A stretch of 64,000 bases of DNA from NCBI RefSeq assembly GCF_000150275.1, contig NW_002060948.1, positions 5,830,411 to 5,894,410 on the forward strand, written 5' to 3'. Under the pieces are notes generated by a model. That model saw only the letters and a program-made list of their open reading frames with translations. It had not been told where the DNA came from and did no database searches. Shown here piece after piece: positions 13,901-25,480 of this stretch. The translations under genes were made by a program, and so were the position numbers. Positions within the stretch are counted from its first letter, which is position 1, and the number at the start of each line of letters is the position of its first letter. Origin of the DNA: Trichoplax adhaerens. Taxonomy: Eukaryota; Animalia; Placozoa.

Positions 13901-15041
13901 TCAAATCTTATACACTTGGGAGATGTCCAATTGAGTCATCCTAGCTATGGAAATCTGGGAATAAAGTGCTTTCAACTTTTACAAGTACGCCAGTAAACTG
14001 GTATAGAGCTACAATTTGGCATGTTTTGGCACATGTATATTGATATGAAACTAAATCCAGCATTCAAATTCAATTCATTTTACTTGATTAAATAGCATCA
14101 AAGTTGTATAAATCTATCAACATAATCCAGGTAAATTTTACGGACTACGAAGAGTCTTTCGCTGTCATATCGAAGAATAAATTAATCCAGTTAATTTTCT
14201 TTTGATAAATCGTAAATATATTCGTTGGAATTCAATATGGAGGAGGAAAAGAAATAATATTAAAAAATGGCATCTCTACTATTAAAATATCCCTAGCTCG
14301 ATGCTAAGAACATATATTCTCCCTAAACTATCTTAAACCAACAAATTTAATTTGATTTATCGAACAGGAAATAATTTGATTTAGTAGAAATTAGTAAAGT
14401 GTAAATAAATAGCCTCAGCTACTCTAAAGTTTACTTTGAATTTCTATTAAATTCAAATTATCGCTTTTGTTTAAGTTAAATCAGAAATGAAACGGCACTC
14501 ATCTTTACAGCAACTGCATGATCTGGTCATCAACAACTTTGAATATTTTAGACTATCAAATAGAACTTGATATCCTATGTAAGATGTGTAAAATCGATTA
14601 CAACTGTAGAAATATTCCAACATATACACTGATGGAAACGAATCAATTTGTTAATTTATAGTGAAAGTAACACAGGTGTGATTATGAATATCAAAATTTA
14701 AAAATTTCCTCTTCAAAATCATGTTAGGATTTACAATATGAATGTAGAGGGTGTTCTATGGATCCATTAGCAACCAGCTATAGATTAATCAGTATCCTTA
14801 GCAACGTTAATAAATCAAAGTTACCTCTATTGCAATGAATACTTTTAGCGTAACAAGATCTTTAATCCTCATCAATCCTAACATGGAATGGATTGAACAT
14901 GTAGTTGGGCTTACCTTTTAAGCTGACTGTGATGTAAGGATCGACAATTTGTGTTGCATTTTTGACTTGAATTTTAAGGATACATACATATAAATGATGC
15001 CCAGAAGAGGAAGATAGATGAAGTTTTGTCCCGTTATCCAT
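7926..15041 (-). CDS. AIDA: AIDA (axin interactor, dorsalization-associated) family protein, C2-Aida domain; 4 coding exons
   Basis: Exons 15041-14915, 8714-8592, 8442-8325, 8016-7926 splice in phase. Product: MDNGTKLHLSSSSGHHLYVCILKIQVKNATQIVDPYITVSLKDRQGMDLCDIQNTPIATIKEGNEIYFNNNIAIPIPLTKVPKDAAIFFELKHFKVKKKSTSIKCFAFLEENQMKEGHVCTELYKKPVDYKRRKLSLLTSQPVFLHLDLAIV*. It matches the AIDA motifs DPYITVSVKD, AAIFFEFKHYK, TKCFAF and ELYKKPTDFKRKKL. The start codon is tentative. Confidence 0.9.
8985..9460. repeat. Decayed tandem duplication, ~275 bp period (AIDA intron 1)
   Basis: GAAAGTAATGC at ~9008 and ~9281; ACGGAAATGAT(G/A)AAATCAAATAA at ~9160 and ~9435. Confidence 0.7.
12560..13760. repeat. Highly decayed tandem array (best pair ~145 bp apart) in AIDA intron 1
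   Basis: TTTAAATACTTCAAA..TG.GG..A.TCAA....AAAATTGGATCTATCAT at ~13330 and ~13475. Weaker ATC..AAAT.CTT.AAAATT units recur through the interval. Confidence 0.55.
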
Positions 15042-16333
15042 CAAGATCGAATTGATACTAGATAGAACGATAGAAAATGTTGGACTATATTTTTATTATA
15101 GTTCCACTACAGAATAAAGGAGAACAACTGAGAGTTGATATCAATACGAAAATGAACTCCAATCAATTGTAAGAGATGGAAAGTATGATATTTAACGGAG
15201 TAATAGTAGCATAAGATGATGCTATAAGGTTAAAAATTCAGCAAGAAGGTAATTTTATCAATGTCGAGGAGAACTTTGACGCTACTATTAAATAAGATGA
15301 TGGAGGTAAGACTAGCCACAAGACAATGATGCAATGCGATGAAAGATAGACTCCTTTAAGGAATGGGAATGTCATAATTGTCCTTGCTTAAATAATTAGA
15401 ATAGGATGATCAAATAGATGGACAGCACATGTATTGAATTGAAGATGACGGAAGCGATGGTCGTGGAATTAGAATAACACAGATCGCTACGTAGATCGAT
15501 TCATTGATGGATAGCGCCAATAACAGAATTATGCTCCGCCGGTATTGAAATATAGAAATAATTAAAATAAAAAAATGAAAAATAGATTCTTCCATGGATG
15601 ACTGGCTAATGGATCATTCTTCTTCAGCCTCGAATAACAATCTACTGCTCACGTAGAATACCCACTATTGAAGAGAAAGGATATGGATAGAGAAGAAGCT
15701 CTATCTGTCTGTCTCTTGATTTTCATTTTGTATTATACCAAATAAAGAAAAATACAAGAGCCAAGGAGGTTGTGAGTTGTTCTCTTCCCACCATTGTCAT
15801 ATCATCTTCAACTATTTGATGGAGCGATAGAATCATGGCGATGGCTATCATTGTCGATAGAACCTGGTTCAATCCATTCTTTTAATCTTATTGATATTCG
15901 ATGACAAAGGTTGATAGACAAGTAGAACCAACATTAGAAGTGATCATACTGTCGAACGCCTATTAGAAATAGAAATTAAAAATAGAATTTCTATTGAATA
16001 GCAGGCCCGTCTATGGAAAACCAAATCAATCTTTCAAAGGATGGATAGTATTATGTGGAAGTCAATAATAACTAGAGGAAGAAATTAATTATCGCTATAC
16101 TATATTTACGTCAACTCCTGAGCTGCATTCAATCCGGATGATGATTTACGCACAACAAGCAATCTTGCCTATCCTACCCATTGTTGTCAAACAAAATTCA
16201 TCATGATGATTACGTGTAAAATGAACTTAGGAGTTGATTCGAATAGTACAACTAAGTTGATTGCTATTGGCAAAATTCGATTATTGCGAATACTGACAGT
16301 TTCAGCCGTAATATTTTACGTTTTTGGACCAAA

Positions 16334-17240
16334 TAGCAATCGCAGATGCATCTTGACGGTGATCATGTGCCACGTAAAGTGCTGCAATAATTTTTCCACT
16401 AAGCTAACTGTTCATAGCGATCTATTACCTATCAAGTAGGCTGATTTAGGTAAAACAGCAATCTTAAGACACATCGTAAAGGAAGTCATGTGTCACGTAA
16501 AATTCTGCAACAATTTTCTGCTAGGCTATCTGTTAATAGCGATCTAATGCCTTTCAAGTTGGCTGATTTTGATAAATAGCGTTCGAAGACACATTGTGAA
16601 AGTAATCCTTCACCGCGTAAAATTGTGCAATGATCAACTACTAAATTAAATGTTTATAGCGATCTATTACCGATTAGATAGGCTGATTTTGGCAGAACCG
16701 CAATCGAAGACACATGGTAAAAGTAATCATATGCCACGTAAAGTTCTACAATAATTTGTTCATTAGAGTATCTGTTAACAGCTGTCTACGGCGTATCAAG
16801 GTAGCTGATTTTGATAGAATACCAAACGCAGATCATCGCGAAAGTAATCATATGCCATGTAAAGTTCTATAATAATTTTCTACTAGACTAACTCTCCATA
16901 GCGATCTATTGCATATCAGGTTGACCAATTATAAAAGCTATTATGCACAAAGACATGATGAAAAACTAATTTAATGATAATCATAGGAGTAGATAAATAA
17001 CTCGACTATTTAATAATTTAAAAGGAATGCTAGAAAATCATTGACAAGCCGATGACGATGGCAAACTAGAATAGCTGTTCATAGCGATTTATTGCCTATC
17101 AAGTTGACTGATCATGAATGTTATATGTGCAAAAAACATGTTAGAAAGTTAATTGAATGATTAACACAACATTAGACAAATAGCTTGATTCTACCATCAA
17201 TAGCTTAAAATCAATGCTGGACTATCATTGATAAGCCGAC
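16334..17240. repeat. Diverged tandem array, ~121 bp unit x5, grading into a ~185 bp duplication
   Basis: CACGTAAA-like core at about 16371, 16494, 16614, 16735, 16856, with ATAGCGATCTATT..TATCAAG in each unit. 16900-17060 is repeated at 17081-17245. Confidence 0.85.
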
Positions 17241-20200
17241 GATGATGACGATAATATTATAAGTATATATTTCCTCCTGGAAACTCATTGATTTATTTAT
17301 TCCATTGTTCGTACTCATCATCATTATTGTCGTCAATATCATCATCATCTTCTTCCTCTCCAACAATATTTTTTTCTCATCATGATTACCTCTCCTCTAT
17401 TCACAGCATATCCAGTAGGTAAACATCATGATCCTGTTAGCCTTTTACGCGTTAATTATGAGAAGGTTTCACCCCGCTGGCGACTAATTAGTTTGCTTAA
17501 TTTATTATATTATTAAAACTCGTACCTTTTACTCATACAATCCCTATTCTCGCCTTTCTTTCTCTATCAATCCCATACCTGATCAACATCTTTAATAATT
17601 AATTTATAGCTACGCTTAATTAAGTCCTTTCTAATACTTTTTACACATACCGTATACGGCTAGAAAAAAGTAATCCACAACCTTTGAATAACGACAATAA
17701 ATAATACATCATAGACGCGTATACAATTGCTAAGCAATAATAATGAGATTAAATAGAATCGAAAAACGAGGTAGAAGTTAAATGCACTACTTCAAACCTT
17801 AACAGCTAAATAATATTCAATGTGATTGACTAGTTGTAGTTATCGTCTTTATTTTCAAAGGAAGATGATTATAATTGTAACGGGATCCTACTAGCACGCT
17901 TATATAGCCTAGCTATTGCTCAATTTTGTAGCAGGATGATTACTGTTGTAGCGAGATTCTACGATAATTACTCTATACACAATAGTCGATCCAATCGAAT
18001 TCTATTGGAGAAAGCTTACAGTCGAAGTAGAATTCCGCAATAGACGGTCAGTTTTCGACAATTTCTCAATTCAATGAAGTTATAGAAGACGTCTAAAATT
18101 AGGATATAGGTATATATCTAGGACACTATCAATGCTATCGAAATCCTTCTACGCAATAGAATAGGCTCGTAATCGATGATAGTAAGTAACATGATTATAG
18201 TAGAGTACGCTTCTAGTAGGATATTACGAATACTAGCTTGATTTTAATATATATTCAAAGCGATATTCTAGTCCAATAATCGCTAGTAGTTCATTCAAGA
18301 TTCCTCTACAATCGCAGTATTATCGACCATCGATCAGTTTGATTTTCTTGCTAGCGTGATGAATAAGTCTGGACCGATGATAATAGCAGTAGAATCATCG
18401 GAAGTTGAGAAACAAAACAACTGACAACTCTAAACCATTTGAAAGGATCAATTGAAGAATACAAGAGGTGGGAAATGATCCTTTCTTCTTCTATTCCAAG
18501 CCCTCTTCGTTTATAATCACATGAACCATCTTGCAATGCCAATTCATAAGGTAAACAATGGTTTAGACTTATTTCAATTACTCTCCTATGGATTATTAAT
18601 CAAGCATTCCCACACTATCATCAATTTGTTGAAACTATTGATTTAAGGCATAAATTAATTGATATCCTCTTAATAGCCAAGGATAAGGATCAATAGCTTA
18701 TCATACCTATTACTATAACTATTTTTTACTTACTACATTAAATTGATCATGACGTCAAGAAATTCCAAGAAACAAGAAAGAGAAAATGTGCGGTACCTGA
18801 TGTCACAATTAGGCATAAAAATCAGGAAGTTGATGCCCTTGTTCGCTAGTATTACCGTCATGGCAGATTTACAGCAACGCTGATGACGATGATAAGATTA
18901 TCGCCATTTTAATCCAGCTACAGGCAATCGCCACTTTAATTACTATCAGCATGGATAATAGAATAGTAGAAGAATCCCCTTATCGTCGAATCTCTAATGT
19001 AACCCTACATTTTATTCTTATGATGTATATTTCTAGGCTTATGCATAACTAACGATAAATTTAATTCCTCATCAATCACTCCTTAGTAACGACAGTATAA
19101 TAAGTTTAGAACGGATAGCAACTGATCATTTAAAATATTATAATCTTTAACTATTAGTACAAAATCATCTTTTAATATTATTTCTAAGGTATTTTAAAAA
19201 ATTTAGATTCAATGTATAATAAAAACTAAATTTTTATTGTCAATAGTCAGTGCGCCAGTAAAATCTATCTGTACTAGCCTAATGTATGACTCTGATAAGA
19301 ATGGATAGGTTGATTTATGAACTCGTAAGAAATGAACCTGTCATTATTTGACAGATACTATATAGTAATAATTTATTCTGCTATTTAAATCTATCCTGAC
19401 GAAATTAATACATGCATGCCATAGGAAATAAACGTTATAATTCTTCAAGCTGTTATGAACTGATATGAAATTTACCAAACTGAATCTATAATTTTTAAAA
19501 GTGCAGGAATATTACTTGATTCTTGGAACCATTTTAATGGCAATACTATACGTATACCAATGGGCAAAGATAATAATACTGCTTATGATTTTTGAAATAA
19601 ATATTTCTCCATATGAATTGAAAAATGTAGAAAACGTACTAATATCAACGAAATGAGCTGATTTACATTTGTTTATAATTCGGAAAGGACTTAATCATAA
19701 TATTCCTTTGATATTTAAAGCGCATCTAACAGTAACATCTCATCTATTAATTTGATAAGATACTAGAATACTGCTCTCAAAGTCTCTGAAATTATTATGA
19801 TTGTTTGTCAATTTAAAGCTTCTTCAACGTATAATAATAATATATTTGACTCTTTAAATTTAAGAGTATTCTAATAGCAATACAAATGTGACTCATAACA
19901 ATACATAATAGCATCAAATATAAAGTACTACCATCATAGTATATGAAATTAATATGGCTGTACATGAACTTTTACATGATTTCTAAAGTCTATAACAATA
20001 ATAAAATATTCTAATAGTTATACGTCGTGTATTTCTAATTGGAATGTTGGAGAGCAATTGTCTTAAACCATAAATTAGTGATGTTTTAAAAGATATAAAT
20101 ATCAATATTATGCTATCGGTGCTTTGACAGGAAGGTCCCTCGTGCGTCCTATTATATAAAATCGAAAGTAGTTCTGTACTCCATAAAATTGAGAGGAATT

Positions 20201-20254
20201 TGTATGAATTTACAACATTTATAAAAATGAGAAAGCCATCTTATTTTCTATAAA

Positions 20255-21000
20255 CTATGCCAACGGCATTACCTTATCTATTAAATAAGATATTAAAAAG
20301 GTATTGTTTACTTCATGCCCTTTATCAATATAGCTATTTAATGCGTACTTATATGTCAAAAATATCCTCTTAAAATAATATGGAAAATATAAGCTGAATT
20401 TATATTTCCACACGTTATTATAACGTAACGAGCAATACTGGAATATTATGTTAGGTTGAGCATTGCTAGCCATAAAGTATGCTAATGGCAACATCTTATC
20501 CATCAAATAAGATTTTTAAAATGCATTGTATACTTCATGTCCTTGTATCAACATAACTATTTAAGTTAATGCTCACGTATATGTAGAAATTTCCTCTTGA
20601 AATGTTATTCATGGAAAATATAAGCTAAATTTGTACTTTCTACATGTTATTGTACATGAAATGGTATCTTAATATCTACTTAAGTTTATCCTATACAGTA
20701 AACAATATTCGAATACTTTGTTGGTTTGAATATTACCGATCATAAATTATGCCAATGGCAATAAATTTTCTATCAAATAAGATACTTAAAAGGTATTGTA
20801 TACTTAATATCCTTTACGAATTTAATGTATGTGTATATATAGAAAATTTTCCTCTTAGAGTATCATTTATGGAACTTATAAGCTAAATTTATATTTTTCA
20901 CACTTTATTATAATATCAAGTGATACGAAAAATCTAATTATGCTTATTATAAGCAGCGAACAGTACTCGAATGTTTTGTTAGATTGAACATTGCTAGTTA
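20255..21000. repeat. Decayed tandem triplication, ~220-270 bp unit
   Basis: TATGC(C/T)AA(C/T)GGCA...AAATAAGAT at ~20257, ~20478, ~20748; ATAAGCT(G/A)AATTT in each copy. Confidence 0.8.
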
Positions 21001-21015
21001 TTATAACAATTAGTA

Positions 21016-21898
21016 CTAGTGCAAACTCCCGTCGCTTTGCTGACGGTTTACGATAATGTGCTCATTTAACAGATAGTATTACCATTTGTCGTAGACCTGT
21101 CAGAGGTTCAGTAACTTTATACCGTATACTGTGTAGTACTGTATAATATACAGTATATATATATATATATTATATATATTAGTGCAAGCTCCCGTCGCTT
21201 TACTGACGGTTTACGATAATGTGCTCATTTAACTGAGGTTCAGTAACTTTATACCGTACCGTGTACTGTCTGCTGTACAAATGCACGGTACAGCACTACA
21301 ATACTGTACAGTACAGTACTTTTACTACAGTACTCATATTGTAGTAGAACCGAACCGACGAACCACAGTTCACGTCGACAAAAATCGGTTTGGAATCGAA
21401 CCTCTGACAGGTCTACGGACATTTGATAATGTACCCATTTGTTATAGTAGTGATGGAGTTGCAATTCAAATTTCGTTAAGCAACTTTCGTATTAGTATGT
21501 TTACCGAATAATGATGGTTACTATATACAGTATAGCAATCAAAAGTAATCAGGACAGGGGAACTACAGTAGGATAACACTACGAATTGCAAGAGAGCAAT
21601 AGAACTAATAGTACCTGCTGATGTGTATCAATCACTTCTACCTTCTCAATAATATTTACATAAACCCTAGAGATCATTCATTTCTATACCAATTCAAATT
21701 TCGTTAAGTAACTTTCGTATTAGTATGTTTACTGAATAAGGATGGTTACTATATACGGTATTAATGCTATGTTAAGGTTGGTAAGCAAAACTGTCAAATA
21801 TACGTTTATGGTCAATTTGTTAATAAAATTAACAGATAGTATTATCATTCGATATTATATATATCCCAGTAATAGTAATATACTATGCTATATTAAGA
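21016..21898 (-). mobile_element. Non-autonomous Helitron with duplicated 3' end
   Basis: On the minus strand it starts A|TCTTAATATAG (21898) and ends with hairpin CCGTCAGC-AAA-GCGACGG, ~9 nt spacer, then CTAG|T (21016), so it sits between A and T with no TSD. A second hairpin plus CTAA end lies at ~21179-21210. Internal direct repeat at 21463-21532 and 21691-21760. The 5' boundary is less certain than the 3'. Confidence 0.75.
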
Positions 21899-22861
21899 TT
21901 AGTTAATGGTCCAGAGCACATTATGATAACTAATGTATGGTGATGGACATACCAAGTTAAGATTAGCAGGTACTGTAAGATATCGACAGTGCGGTAGAAT
22001 GTCCTTAGTACTGTGGTCAATTCTATACCAATCATTATAATGTGTCTAAGGATCGCTGTCGCATGCAAGCAAAGCTTGCTCTGTCGATAACAACCGTTAT
22101 AAGAAAATGTAACAATCAAAATGGCTGTGTAGAAAACTCTATAAAGATTCTATGTTTATTCAATTTTCATCAGGATATTACATGAAATCAAAATTTAAAG
22201 GCCCAGTGGCCACCCTTAGCGATATAACGAATACTATTTTAATAATCAGTACTCTGCAGAAATTACTACCTTAGAGCTATTCGTTTTACATGAAGAAATC
22301 TTTAGGTTAAAAGTACTGTAAGAATCTTATACTGACCTATTGAAATGAACCCATAATCAGAGTCATTTAACAGTAGTATAAATACCCCCGCGCTGCTCAT
22401 TTCAAGGGTGTGTGGCTGGGATTTCGATTAACGTATGTTTTGATTTCAGCTAATTACTGTCGTAAAATGTTTTTGAACGCCCAATAGTACAGTACAGTAA
22501 CATGGAGTAAAGGACCCCCAGCACTATATGACGTAAATAATCTGATTAATAAAGTGGTTGTAGATGGTGACTGGTAAAATGCCACTATACTATATTTGCA
22601 GTATACATCAAAGGCCGTTGCTGAAAGGCCCGATAATATCCTGTTTTGGAGTAATGTATTATTATGATTCTCAACGCTTGAGTACAGTAGAATACCGTAA
22701 TGGTTTATTTTATTTTTTTGTATATAGATTGTATGAGATTTGCTATTCTGGAGTTTAATTAGTCGATTATCCGGTTTATCTTGGTAGTTTTGAAATGTTG
22801 TTATGAAGGGAAGAAAAGCGGATTCTTCACCGACAGAACTACTTATAATAAACTTCGATTT

Positions 22862-23590
22862 TAAGGTTAAAGGCAGCGATGATTATTTTTTCATATTAAA
22901 GATTTGCGCCAAATAGTTCAAATTTTGAGTTTATTGATAGTAAATCTTTGAATTAAAAATCTATTCATTACATGATGTGTTCGGACTAAAGATGTTAATA
23001 TCTATCAGTTGATCTGATCATTCAAGCCTAAGCCTAAGGTTAAGGTGGTGTTGACTACTTTTCATATTAGGGATTTGCGCTAAGTAATATAAATTTTGAG
23101 TCGACTGATTGTAAATCATTAAGTTAAAACCCATTCATTGCAGGATATGTTTAGACTAAAGATATAATAAGCATCAATCGATCATTCAAGTCTATCGTTG
23201 TGACAATTTTGCAATAGGAATGAGCAATGAATCAATATATATTTGTTCTTGTCAATATCAATCTATTTTAACTTGAACATTGATGGCATTAATTATAATG
23301 TGACAGTAATAAATTAAATTTAATTGATGATGATACATGTCAGTTATACGCGCCTTCACGCAATAATATTATTGTAAGCATGCAATCGATCATTCATTTC
23401 TATCGTTTTCGCAATTTTACAATAGGAATGAGCAATAAACCAATAGATGTTTCTTCTGGCCAATATGTCCTTTTTAACCATAATATTGGTGGCAATAATT
23501 ATAACGTAACAGCAATAAAGGTAATTAATGACTATGCATTTTGTTATCCAGTCAGTTAGGCGTGCGTTTACACAAAATATTATTATAAAT
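22862..23590. repeat. Two abutting tandem duplications (~173 bp and ~209 bp periods)
   Basis: TAAGGTTAA...TTTTTCATATTA..GATTTGCGC at ~22862 and ~23035; AATCGATCATTCA...CAATAGGAATGAGCAAT at ~23176 and ~23384. Confidence 0.8.
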
Positions 23591-24780
23591 GTAAAATCTA
23601 AGAAATTCTTTAGCTATAGCTATGCCGATGATTGACAGGCTAGAAAATATACGGTACTTTCATTTAAGTCCTCTATTGACATATTAATACATAATTATAT
23701 ATAATAAATATTGATTGTAAACGTTCTCATGAAAGATTATATTAGCAGTCTTTATGCTAAATGCTTTGATATGAATTAGAAGTATAAATTTCAAGGCTAA
23801 CTCCTCTACTATTGTTGCAGAATAGCATTTTTTGTATTGACATTGTTTTCTTTGCTATTTAATAAAAGTAGTTTTATATTCTTCTATACGAATTTATTTC
23901 GAAAACGGCATAATTTTCTGATACTATCGAAGTAATACATTAATGAATGTTTATTTAGCGAAGAGATGAAATATTACAGATAACTAAAGAATAGATTCTT
24001 TCATCTTCACGTGAACTTGAGTTTAATCTGAGGATTTGTATAGTTTACTGTGATCTTCTTATGATGAAACGTTTGCAAGCATTTTCGTTGTACAAACAAT
24101 AAGATTAGAAAGAGCATATCGGATTTAGATATGTTGTTTTACTCTCATTGCAAGCCTTGATATTGCAATAATGATATTTAATCATTGACTGGATTAAATT
24201 ATTTCTACAAATATTAGCTTTAATGTGATATTTAGATTTGATTTTTGTAGCTGCCAAGATGGAAAAGATATCTGCATAGAAGTTAAAATTGTCTTGTTGA
24301 GCAGTTCAGTTATATTTTATAGCCCTTTATTTCAAATGGTTTACAATTATACATGGATAGCAGATGTAGTAAATAAACATAGCAAACATTAGCTGACCTA
24401 ATGTATCCATAAGCATCTACTCAACATTACTGATCAATGCTTACGGTATGTCACTAAATACACGATTAGCTTAGCAATCGTAGGATTAAGTGGACTAAAT
24501 TAAGTTGTTTGCTAGCAGGCTGAATCACTACAGTACCGTCATGTTATTTCAATGGATAATAAAAATATATCAGAAGTATGGATGTGTAGATCCACAAATA
24601 TTTTTGGCACTTGAAGATTTTTACCCTTCGTGTGTTTACAGATTAATAATTGGCATTTCTACTGTTTTATTTAAAATCACGGTTATGGGCAGAAAGGTCT
24701 TCAATGACACGTAAACTACAATTGATAATTTTAATTTCCAGCAAAGTGCGTAATGACAGTGTTGTCAATCAAGGATTGTT

Positions 24781-25480
24781 CAGTCTGAAAAACAACACCT
24801 GGATAATTTATTTACAGTATATTCAACATTGCATTCCTGTTATAATTAACCGCAGTCAAACAGTAGTCGCTAATTTTATTGAAATTATTAATTCCATCAT
24901 TTAGATGTTTATAAGGGATAAAGAATATGAAAGTATCTGACTGTAAAAATACTACTAGATGCGATGCCAGTAAAAAATTTAATTATTACAGCATGTTGCT
25001 CCAAGCTTGATTTACATAACCAAAATGTTTTCCTTGGGCTATCAGAAAATTGCGGAGAAACTGCAAGTTATGAATTAAATCTGTTACAATTATCAATGAA
25101 TCCTATCTCTCTTTGGCCTTCGAAAGACTTTAAAATATTTTTAATATAAGTATTTATCCTTTAAGGTCAGTCTGAAAACAGCACCTGGATAATTTATTTA
25201 CATTAAGTTCAACATTGCATTCCTACTATAATTGAGTGCAGTCAAACAGAAGTCGCTAGTTTCATTAAAATTATTAAAAATTCTATCTTTGAGATCTTTA
25301 TGAGATAAAGAATATGAAAGGATTTGTTTGTAAAAATACCTTTAACTGCGATGCCAGTAATAAAAAAGTATTTATTGTGGTATGCAGCTCCAAGTTCGAT
25401 CTACACATTTAATAACTTTCCTAGGGTTATTAGAAATTTTGCTGAGAAACTGCAAATTGTGAATTAAGTCTACTGCAATT
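24781..25480. repeat. Tandem duplication, ~390 bp period
   Basis: CAGTCTGAAAA..CACCTGGATAATTTATTTACA at 24781 and ~25168; GCGATGCCAGTAA and GAGAAACTGCAA in both copies. Confidence 0.85.

Noticed and set aside
16334-16925. Regularly spaced repeats as a CRISPR array
   Set aside because: Whole units are homologous with no unique spacers, the repeats are diverged, there are no cas genes, and the context is eukaryotic.
17295-17375. Acidic peptide IVGEEEDDDDIDDNNDDE on - as the missing AIDA linker exon
   Set aside because: Bounded by stops on both sides, no good splice sites, and explainable as (GAT)n low complexity.
21390-21460. Functional tRNA gene
   Set aside because: Only the T-loop/B-box is recognisable; no acceptor or anticodon stem could be folded.
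22195-22640. TTAAAGG-starting (Kolobok-like) DNA transposon
   Set aside because: No matching opposite terminus was found.
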